A stretch of DNA of 64,000 bases from contig BTUM01000003.1 in the NCBI GenBank assembly GCA_045863235.1, forward strand, positions 128,001-192,000, in the 5' to 3' direction. Position numbers and translations under genes: made by a program. Shown piece by piece: positions 31,251 through 39,229 of the stretch (positions are counted from its first letter, which is position 1; every line of letters starts with the position of its first letter). The notes under the pieces are model-generated. The model was not told where the DNA came from and did not search any database. It worked only from the letters and a program-made list of their open reading frames with translations. The DNA is from Candidatus Xenobia bacterium (GTDB lineage Bacteria > Vulcanimicrobiota > Xenobia > Xenobiales > QWHO01).

Positions 31251-31835
31251 CTAAGCCTCTTGCTGTAGCGGCGCTGACAGAGCCTGCACGACCTCCACTG
31301 CCCGGTTGATCGCGTCCAGCACCACCGCGCTTCCTCCCACGTGGGCTGACACGACTTTGAACACGGCCCCATGCTGGCTGACCAGGGAGCAACCCTGGCC
31401 GGCGCGGATGAACTCGCGCACCCTCTCTCGCACCGCGGGAAAGGCCAGCAGGGCCAGAAGTTGCTCGGGAGTCGAGCTCTGCAACTCGCACACCCGGTTG
31501 AAAGCTTCGTCGTCCGGCAGGCGGCAATGGCGGATCGGCCAGGCTCCCGCTTGAGCGATCTGGAATTCGAACTCGGGCGGCGTGATGAAACGCGCTACCA
31601 CGGCCAGATGGTTGAGGGGTGCGCCCTCCACCACGGTCACTCCGATTCCCAGCTCGACCGGGATTCCCCGCACAGGTCCCCGGTAGGTGTCGGGACCCAC
31701 TGATTGCAGACCGAGCTTCTGAGCGGCTTCCTGGCACGCGGCTCGGCGTCGGGAGCTGACGCGGGCCAGGAACCAGCCCCCCGCTCCCAGCAGGCCTCCC
31801 AAGCCCAGCAAAAAGGCTATCCCTCCGAGGTCCAG
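31251..31835 (-). CDS. Hypothetical membrane-anchored protein
   Basis: N-terminal TM GIAFLLGLGGLLGAGGWFL. Start is CTG 31835 or TTG 31811. Confidence 0.6.
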   Translation of the reverse strand: MDLGGIAFLLGLGGLLGAGGWFLARVSSRRRAACQEAAQKLGLQSVGPDTYRGPVRGIPVELGIGVTVVEGAPLNHLAVVARFITPPEFEFQIAQAGAWPIRHCRLPDDEAFNRVCELQSSTPEQLLALLAFPAVRERVREFIRAGQGCSLVSQHGAVFKVVSAHVGGSAVVLDAINRAVEVVQALSAPLQQEA

Positions 31836-32014
31836 GGCTCACCCCCAACTCAGGTCGACTGATTCTTTGCGCTCAAAACCACGAGACGTTAAGCAGATCC
31901 CGCAAAGGGGACTTCCGGCCGGCCCCGGGCTTGATCCTTCTCGCAATGCCTCCGGGTGCACAAGACCGTGGGCAGGTCTTTCAAGCCGCCCCTTGCTGAT
32001 GTAGAATAGGAAGG

Positions 32015-33574
32015 ATGTCGGACCCCATCCGCTCGCTGGGCAAGCTGACCCCTCCCCCCTGGACCGTCAGCCGCAGCATAGCCCACGAGCCGTACTCCCA
32101 ACCCACCGAGACCTTCTCCTCGGGCGTGACGCTGCTCGAGTCCATCCACCAGACCCGCAGCGCCTCGACCACTCCCCATCCTGGCTACCAGGTCACCGTC
32201 GAGGTTCCCGCCTCGATGATCGGCGGTCTCTCGGGCTATGTCGTCAACCTGGTCAGCAGTCAGCAGATGCTGCGACCCGCCGTACGGGACGCCGAGGTCA
32301 TTCCTGAGGGTGATCGGGGCATCTTGACCCTCTCCCTGGACGGCCCGGTACCCCCGGAGGCCCAGGTCTGGTTGACAACCAGCACCGGGCAGGCCTATGC
32401 GCCCACCATGCTGGCCGTGCTGCCGGAGGAAGAAGCTCCTCCCCCACCCCGGCCCGAGCTCTCTCACCTGGCGGCCATCAGCCCGGCTCACCTCAATCCT
32501 CCCGAGGATGTGCTGGCGGCGCTGCGTCAGGCTCGCAAGGTGCTGGTGGTGTGCCACAGCCCTCCCGATGGGGATACGGCCGGCAGCGGGTTGGGCTTGC
32601 GCCGCACCCTCCAGGCCCTGGGCAAAGAGGCCGACCTCCTGCTCGATGGCGATCTTCCCGGTTGGATGCGCCAGCAAGCCGAGCCGGGCGAGTTCAAGCC
32701 ATTCGAGGCGGTGCAGCACCAGGACTACGACCTGGTGGTGGTCGTGGACGTGGCTCAGGCCCACCGGATCGGGCGGGCCAGCGAGCTGGTCAGCCGCGCC
32801 CCACAGGTGGTGGTGCTCGACCACCACGACGGCGACCCCAGCCCGGAATCGTTGGGGATGCAGGGCCAGCTGGCCAAATGGATCGCCCCCACAGACGCCA
32901 CCGCCTTACTGGTAGCGGCGGTGGCGGAGAAGCTGGGCCCCTCGAGCTGGGAAGGGATCGCCCCCCCTCTGGTGACTGGCATTCTCACTGATACCCAGCT
33001 TTTCCAGAAACCGGTCCGAGGCGAAACCGGACCCATCCTCAAGTACCTGCTGGAGAAGCGGGGCGGAGGCGAGCTCGAGCAGGCCTGTCGCCGAGTCGAG
33101 AGCCACCTGGCCGAGGAAGCCAGGGGACTGTTGATGGAGCCGATGCGTTTCAAGGGAGCCCTGCTCTCGCCCGAGGGCGAAGCCCTGCGCCAGGCCGCCC
33201 TGACCCAGCAGCAGAGCTATCATGAGGAGCTCTCGCCGGGACTCGGGCTGATGGTCGTCTCGGCCGAGGCCCAGAAGCTGGCCACCAGTTCGGGCAAGCT
33301 CTCCGATCCCGAGACCAACCGGGCCGATCTGCAGGACGCGTTCTTCGCCCGCCTCGACCAGCTGGCTGGCGAGCTGCCGGTCGCGGTGATGCTATGGGAG
33401 CAGCCCGATCACATTCACATCGCCATACGCTCCCAGAACCCGGAGCTGGCCAGCCAGCTGGCTCACACGCTGGGCGGTGGCGGCAAGCCGGGCCTGGCCG
33501 CGGCCCATCCGCGAAAGCCCCTGGCAGAGGTCCTGGAAATCGTGCGAGGCTGGTCCACCGTCAGCCGGTCTTGA
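32015..33574 (+). CDS. DHH/DHHA1 phosphoesterase (NrnA-like) with ~150-aa N-terminal extension
   Basis: HSPPDGDTAGS, VVD, LDHH, GILTDT, GGGGK. Confidence 0.85.
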   Translation: MSDPIRSLGKLTPPPWTVSRSIAHEPYSQPTETFSSGVTLLESIHQTRSASTTPHPGYQVTVEVPASMIGGLSGYVVNLVSSQQMLRPAVRDAEVIPEGDRGILTLSLDGPVPPEAQVWLTTSTGQAYAPTMLAVLPEEEAPPPPRPELSHLAAISPAHLNPPEDVLAALRQARKVLVVCHSPPDGDTAGSGLGLRRTLQALGKEADLLLDGDLPGWMRQQAEPGEFKPFEAVQHQDYDLVVVVDVAQAHRIGRASELVSRAPQVVVLDHHDGDPSPESLGMQGQLAKWIAPTDATALLVAAVAEKLGPSSWEGIAPPLVTGILTDTQLFQKPVRGETGPILKYLLEKRGGGELEQACRRVESHLAEEARGLLMEPMRFKGALLSPEGEALRQAALTQQQSYHEELSPGLGLMVVSAEAQKLATSSGKLSDPETNRADLQDAFFARLDQLAGELPVAVMLWEQPDHIHIAIRSQNPELASQLAHTLGGGGKPGLAAAHPRKPLAEVLEIVRGWSTVSRS

Positions 33575-33608
33575 GCCTGTCGCCCAGCCCGGCCTCGGTC
33601 ACCAGATG
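33560..33608. repeat. 49-bp direct repeat copy 1 (duplicated kdpE 3' end)
   Basis: 47 of 49 nt identical to 38539-38587. Confidence 0.92.
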
Positions 33609-33668
33609 GTGGGGCGGCTGAGCATCGACGCCCGCTTGATCGGCCTGATCATGTCCGCCGCTGCGCGC

Positions 33669-33697
33669 TTGACCAGACCACCTGACTAGATTAAGAT
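33669..33697 (+). promoter_or_regulatory. Sigma70-type promoter of the TA operon (leaderless)
   Basis: TTGACC-17 nt-TAAGAT-6 nt-GTG. Confidence 0.75.
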
Positions 33698-33703
33698 GAG
33701 TCC

Positions 33704-33928
33704 GTGAAGGTTGTGAATGTCTATGAAGCCAAGACCCACCTGTCGAAGCTCCTGGAGGAAGCTCTGAGCGGGGAAGAGATCGTCATCGCTCGTGCCGGGA
33801 AGCCCATCGTAAAACTGGTCGTACTTCCCCAGGCTCGACCGCAGCGCCAGCTCGGCTGGTTCCGAGGCGCCGTCCGGCTCAGCCCTGATTTCGATGAGCC
33901 GCTGGAAGACTTCGCGGACTACCAGTGA
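33704..33928 (+). CDS. Phd/YefM family antitoxin
   Basis: VNVYEAKTHLSKLLE...GEEIVIARAGKP...DFDEPL. Confidence 0.93.
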   Translation: MKVVNVYEAKTHLSKLLEEALSGEEIVIARAGKPIVKLVVLPQARPQRQLGWFRGAVRLSPDFDEPLEDFADYQ

Positions 33929-34314
33929 TGAGCTGGCTCCTGGACACCCACACGTTCCTGTGGGCAGCCAGCGACGATCCGGCTCTCAGCACCCTGGCCC
34001 GGAGTGCCATCCTGGATCCAGCCAATGAGCTGCTGTTGAGTCTGGCCTCGATTTGGGAGATCGCCATCAAGCAAAGCCTTGGAAAGCTGCAGTTGGGGGG
34101 CTCGGTCCAGCAACTCGTCGACCAGGGGGTGGCCAGACTCGGACTCGTGCTTCTGGCTGTCAAGTTGGAGCACTGCCAGGTGGTCTCGCAAATGCCCTTT
34201 GTTCACAAGGACCCGTTCGATCGATTGCTCGTTTCCCAGGCCCGGATTGAGCGATTGGGTATCTTGAGCTGCGATCGCATCTTCGATGACTACGGCATCC
34301 CCCGAGTCTGGTGA
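33925..34314 (+). CDS. vapC: PIN-domain toxin
   Basis: LLDTHTFLW, SIWEIAIK, HKDPFDRLL. GTGA overlap with the antitoxin. Confidence 0.94.
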   Translation: MMSWLLDTHTFLWAASDDPALSTLARSAILDPANELLLSLASIWEIAIKQSLGKLQLGGSVQQLVDQGVARLGLVLLAVKLEHCQVVSQMPFVHKDPFDRLLVSQARIERLGILSCDRIFDDYGIPRVW

Positions 34315-34504
34315 CCTGTCCGAATGACCGAGCACCAGTCCGCGCGTCGACTCGACCTTGTGCGTCGCTGCTTTCGCGCCGGTAGTTCCCGCCCGAAAAC
34401 TTGAACGATTTTCTCAAGCTTGTAGTTTTTCTTGAGAGAGCTGCCAGTTAAAATGTTGCGCTCGCTATTCAGGTGGCGCAGGGGGCGGCTCGGCCCGGGC
34501 GGCC

Positions 34505-34680
34505 ATGCTGGCCAGCGTTGAGCTCTATCGCCTGACCGAGAGCTATCCGCGCGACTTCTCCAGGCTTTACGGACGGATCGGGTCCAAAGACCTGTTGGCG
34601 ACGGCCAAAGCTCGGCTTCACCCGGACAACCTGGTGGTGGTGGTGCGGCCAGCGCCCGGAGGCGCCGCGCGTGGCACGGT
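34505..34680 (+). pseudogene. Fragment resembling an M16 peptidase C-terminus
   Basis: LASVELYRL...IGSKDLLATAKARLHPDNLVVVVRP, with no upstream body. Confidence 0.5.
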
Positions 34681-34694
34681 CAAAGCGACGAAGT

Positions 34695-35259
34695 CTAATT
34701 GCGGAAGAAGGTCACCCCCTCCAGCTCCAGCTTCTCGGGCGCCGGGCTGCCGTAGCGCTTGCGACTGGTTTCCAGCCGCGTCTGGAGCAGGCTGTCGGTC
34801 CACCTGGCTGGCCAGCACGCGTCCCCCGGCGCGGTAACTGGCCAGGCCGGGCAGCGGGGCGGCCGTGGTGGTAGGCGTGGGCAGAGCGACCTCCAGCCAG
34901 CGCACCTCTCGGGCCGGGGCATCGTAGTAGCAGACGAAGTACTTGTGCCAGCCCGGGGAGCCAACGGCGGGATCGTAATCGTAGCGCTGGGCTACTTCGT
35001 CCCAAGAAGACAAAAAGGCCAGCGCCGTGCCGGCGTTGGGTCCCGGATCGAGGGTGGCGCTCTCGTAGGCGCTCCGCTCCACCTCGCGGGCCAGCCTCTC
35101 GGTCACCACCCGGAGGTCCTGGATCAACGACACCTGAGCGTCGCCCTTCATCCAGGCATTGGCTCCCGTGCGGTAGACGGCGAACATCAGCACCATCAAG
35201 AGGCTCAGCAGCCCCAGGCTCACCAGCGTCTCGAGCAGGGTCTGACCCCGCTCTCTCAA
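34695..35259 (-). pseudogene. Type IV prepilin-like (PilW/GspJ-like) gene, frameshifted near 34795
   Basis: TTG-RERGQTLLETLVSLGLL. The frame breaks after LASQVD and resumes as LLQTRLET...LEGVTFFRN-stop in another frame. Confidence 0.7.
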
Positions 35260-35677
35260 GGATGCAGGCTGGTTTCCAGCAGCAAGTGGCTCTTGTCCGA
35301 CCACCATACCTCCACCTGAATGGACTTGAGACGTCCCGCCATGACTTCCTGGCCGGTCACCACCAGCGCGAATTTTCCGTTGTTCTGGGTAATCTCCGGA
35401 TAGGGCGCGGGAGGGAACTGAAGCGGGGCGGCGCCGACGGCCGGCTGGCCCACCCGGCCGTCAAAGCTGTAACTCCCGGCCGGGATGTAAGCAAAGCCCC
35501 CGTTCGCGTTCAGTCGCACTCTTTCGAGCAACTGGCGGCCGACTCGGTGGCGGTTGTCAGGTCGTGCGACCGGGCCGCCAGCTGGATCCCCGAGATGAAC
35601 ACGCCCACCAGTGCCAGGATGACCACGGCCACCAGAGCGATCGCCAGGACCAGCTCGGTCAGGCTGAAACCACGCAC
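35256..35677 (-). pseudogene. Type IV prepilin-like (PilV-like) gene, 1-nt deletion near 35543
   Basis: GTG-RGFSLTELVLAIAL...TTATE, then GAG-TC-GGC, continuing GRQLLERVR...IQVEVWW...SLHP-stop in the adjacent frame. Confidence 0.75.
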
Positions 35678-35769
35678 TACACTCCCGTTCAGAATTGGAA
35701 CGCGCGGGAGGGTAGACAATCTGTTGAACGGCGCCGCGCCAATTCCTCAAGCGTTCAAGGCGCGGCGCC

Positions 35770-36009
35770 TCAGCGCCCCAGCCAGGTGGCCACGCTCAAC
35801 GTGGTGCCGGCGAAGTTGCTGGCCCCGTCGTCGAAGAAGTCCTCCACGAAGGTCACCCAGGTGCCATTGCCCAGGTACAGATCCCCTGGTTTCACGGTCA
35901 CCCCGCTGACGGTGGTGCTGGGCAGGCTGGCATCGCCCTGGGCCAGCACCGCCCCCAGGATGGTCACCTCGTTATCAGGGCAAGCTGAGCAGGGCGCCCT
36001 GAATCCCAC
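35770..36009 (-). pseudogene. C-terminal remnant of a PilX-like pilus-cluster protein
   Basis: TILGAVLAQGD...GDLYLGNG...LSVATWLGR-stop directly upstream of the prepilins, with no N-terminal part. Confidence 0.5.
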
Positions 36010-36011
36010 GG

Positions 36012-36527
36012 TTACTCCAGAAAGAATTCCTCCACCCCGACCGACCAGCCGGGCAGAAGGTCAGGCAGTTCCAGGCACTGGTGCTCGCTCAGCAGCACCC
36101 GCGAGTCGGCCCTGGCCAGGGTGGCACAGCGATTGTCGGGGTCGAGCACCAGGACGACAGCCACCCCGGCCAGGAGATACTCCTGGACCTTTCTTTCGAC
36201 CTCGCTGGCCCGGTCGTTCGGGGAGAGGACCTCCACCACCAGCGCCGGGGCCGTCACAAGGTAGCCCTCCGGGCTGGTGGCCGGCGGGCCCTGGTCAACG
36301 TGAACAAAGGCCACGTCGGCCCCCCGAACCGTTAGAGGCTCACGGGAAACGACCACGCCCACCTCGCCAACATAGAGACGACCGAGCTGCTGTTTGCGAA
36401 TGTGGTTGGCCAGCAAGAAGTAAGCGTTTCCCTCCACCTGGCCGTGGCGCCCCCCGGTCGGACTCAAAGCAACGATCTCCCCTTGCACGATCTCAAAGCG
36501 GTCAACCCCTGTGAGGCTCATCTGCAT
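36012..36527 (-). CDS. Uma2 family endonuclease-fold protein
   Basis: FEIVQGEIV, SPTGGRHG, VRGADVAFV, PALVVEVLSPND, KVQEYLLAGV, LLPGW. The N-terminus may be clipped. Confidence 0.88.
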   Translation of the reverse strand: MQMSLTGVDRFEIVQGEIVALSPTGGRHGQVEGNAYFLLANHIRKQQLGRLYVGEVGVVVSREPLTVRGADVAFVHVDQGPPATSPEGYLVTAPALVVEVLSPNDRASEVERKVQEYLLAGVAVVLVLDPDNRCATLARADSRVLLSEHQCLELPDLLPGWSVGVEEFFLE

Positions 36528-36663
36528 GAATTCCCTGCCAGCAGGCCCCTCCCCTACGTTTGCATGCGAAGCACGTAAGTGCCCGGCGTGCGCCCGCTCA
36601 GCTCCTCGTTGTAGGTCGGGCCGGGGGGGAGTTGAAGGGGCAGCTTGAGGCAGAACGAAAAAC

Positions 36664-37257
36664 ATGCAGCCAATGCTCTGTTACGTACCTCTGTGGGAGG
36701 CCAAACTACCCGATCTGAGCGCACTGAGCGTATTCGAGCAGGTCACCGTAGAGGATGCCGTCCTGACGTTCTCTTTCCACGGGCTGGGATTCGCCGCCTC
36801 GCTGGTACAAGGGCATCTCGAGTTAGACGAACCCCTTTGTCACGAATCCTGGCCCGGCGCAGCTGACGCGCTCGTGTCGGCTCCCGCTTACCTGGTGGTG
36901 GCCGGGCTGGATCAAGCCGATCCGCTCAATCAGGCCACCGAGTTGACCCTGGTCACAAGCCTCCTTCTGAAAGCCACCAACGCCCCGGGCGTCTGTTGGA
37001 ACGGAGGCCCGATGACCTCTTCGCGGTATTTCTTCGAGCAGGCCGCCAATGTCTTGAAAGAACCCCCTGTGAGCCTGTGGGTCGCCTTCCAGATCGCCCC
37101 TCGAGAGGGCGGCTCGGAGGGGTTCACCCGCGGGATGGTCTCGTTCGGACTTCCGGAGCTGGAGTCTCCCCTTTGTCCCGAGCCCCCGGGCGAGCTCTCG
37201 AGACGCCTGGCAGGTCTGGCCGAATACCTCCTGGTCAACGGTCCGGTCAGGCTGGCC
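36664..37257 (+). pseudogene. DUF4261-like protein, C-terminally truncated and running into the next gene
   Basis: PVSLWV, FTRGMVSFGLPELE, LAEYLLVNGPV, then no stop before the in-frame ATG at 37258. Confidence 0.55.
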
Positions 37258-38401
37258 ATGAGAAGATTTGTATGGCTCCTGGTGCTGACCCTGATCGCCT
37301 GCTCTGGAGATGGCGGCACCGCCCCTACCGATCCTTCATCCCGCCCAGCGAGTCACGCTGAGCGGACCCGAGCAGGTCGACGGTCCGGCCACCTTCGAGG
37401 CGCGCGTGGTCCGGGACGGGCCCGTGAATTTCCAGGTGGACGGCCCGGGCCGGTTCGAGCCCGCCCAAAAGGTGTCCACGGCCGGAGTGGCCAGGGTGCG
37501 CTACATCCCGGACATTCCTGGGCACATCGTGACCGTCACGGCGGAGAGCGAAGAGGTGATCTCCGAGCCCCTGACCGTGCGCGGCCTGACCCTTATCTTC
37601 GACGAGCCCGGGGGGCGGTTTCGCAACTTCCGCACCTGCCGCGACCCCTTTGACGGCGGCGACGCCCCGCGCACGGGGCTCGACGACCTGCGCATCTCGG
37701 GCAGCGCTCAGCCCAACGCGGACGCCTTCCAGACGATCCAGAACGCGTTGCCAGGCGAGTCGATCCTGGTGGTCGACCTGCGGCGCGAGTCGCACGGTTT
37801 CTCCGACCAGGCCGCCATCAGCTGGTTCACCGATCGCGACATGAGCAACGTGGACTTCACCGACGAGGAGATCGAAGCGGATGAACAGGCCCGCGTGTTG
37901 GGCCTGCCTTCGCCCGTCACCATTTACACCATTGTAAAAAGGACCGAGGACGTCATCACTGAGTTCACCTCCGAGCAGGTGACGGTGACTTCACGCCGGC
38001 TCGAGCCCGAGGTGGTGGAGGCCCTGGGAATGAGCTCGGCCCGGCTCCACGTGCGCGACCATTTCGAGCCGCGCGATGAAGAAGTGGACGAGTTCCTGGC
38101 CCTGGTGCGCTCGCTGCCCCCGGGCACCTGGCTCCACTTCCACTGCCACGGGGGAGACGGCCGCACGACCACTTTCATGAGCATGTACGACATGATGCGC
38201 AATGCACACCAGGTGAGTTTCGAGGACATCCTCACCCGGCAATTCTTGCTGGGCGGAATCGACCTGCAAACGCCGCCGCCCGAGGGCTCGTGGAAACGTC
38301 AGCCGGCCATCGAGCGGTTGGCCTTCCTGCGGGAGTTCTATCGCTACTGCCGGCAGCAGGGTCCCGATTTTAGCCGCACCTGGAGCGACTGGAAAGGCTA
38401 G
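37258..38401 (+). pseudogene. Lipoprotein PTP-like phytase (inositol polyphosphate phosphatase), frameshifted near 37340
   Basis: Lipoprotein signal MRRFVWLLVLTLIAC in one frame. Catalytic body in the +1 frame with ISGSAQP, VDLRRESHG and HFHCHGGDGRTT (CX5R). Confidence 0.75.
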
Positions 38402-38538
38402 TCCCCCAGAGCGTCTCGCTCAGCATCGACAACGTGCCGCTCGGGCGCTGTCGGGTGAGGGCGAGCCTGCTCGACCGAAGGTGCTTGAGATCGGACGAGG
38501 CTGGTCGACGACTCCTGCGGATCGAACCCGCCCAGGTT

Positions 38539-38587
38539 GTCAGCCGGTCTTGAGCCTGTAGCCCACCCCGGCCTCGGTCACCAGATG
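38539..38587. repeat. 49-bp direct repeat copy 2 (functional kdpE 3' end)
   Basis: 47 of 49 nt identical to 33560-33608. Confidence 0.92.
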
Positions 38588-39229
38588 CCGCGGGCGCACC
38601 GGATCGGGCTCGATCTTGCGCCTGAGGTTGCTCACGTTGACCCGCAGGAGGTGGGTTTCATCCCCATACTCCGGTCCCCAGACCTTGGCCAGCAGCTGGC
38701 GGTGAGTCAGCACCTTGCCGGCGTGCAACACCAGCTGGCGAAGGATCTCATACTCGGTCGGAGTCAACTGGATCTCACGCCCCTGGCTCAGCACCCGCCG
38801 GGCAGCCAGGTCCACCAACAGCTCCTCGTGGCGAAAGACGGGGTCCTCCACCGGCAGCTGCTGGGAGCGCCGCAGCGAAGCCCGCACGCGGGCCAGCAAC
38901 TCGGGCAGCCCGAAGGGCTTGGTCAGGTAATCGTCGGCTCCAGCGTCCAGGGCGGCCACCTTCTGCTTCTCCCCCTCCAAAACCGAGAGGACCAGGATGG
39001 GGGCAGCGCTCCACTCGCGGAGCTGGCCGATCACGTCCATGCCGGTCATATCTGGAAGGCCCATATCCAGGATGACCAGGTCGGGCCGGTAGTCGGGAGC
39101 CATGGCCATGGCCTCGGCTCCCGTGGAAGCCTCCCTGACCTCGTAATCGTGGGCCGTCAGGGAGACGCGCAAGAACTTGCGGATGCCGGACTCGTCATCC
39201 ACCACCAGGATACGGGGTTGTCCCTTCAC
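38540..39229 (-). CDS. kdpE: KDP operon response regulator
   Basis: OmpR-family REC + wHTH, GKVLTHRQLL, LRRKIEPDP, downstream of kdpD. Confidence 0.95.
   Translation of the reverse strand: MKGQPRILVVDDESGIRKFLRVSLTAHDYEVREASTGAEAMAMAPDYRPDLVILDMGLPDMTGMDVIGQLREWSAAPILVLSVLEGEKQKVAALDAGADDYLTKPFGLPELLARVRASLRRSQQLPVEDPVFRHEELLVDLAARRVLSQGREIQLTPTEYEILRQLVLHAGKVLTHRQLLAKVWGPEYGDETHLLRVNVSNLRRKIEPDPVRPRHLVTEAGVGYRLKTG

Larger units (their letters stand above)
33609..38538. mobile_element. Putative inserted mosaic island between the kdpE-end direct repeats (no integrase seen)
   Basis: Bounded by the 49-bp repeats. Contains a TA pair, Uma2, and several truncated or frameshifted genes. Confidence 0.6.

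Noticed and set aside
31842..32014. GCAAAGGGGAC segment as a c-di-GMP riboswitch
   Set aside because: The element order and second stem do not fit the consensus.
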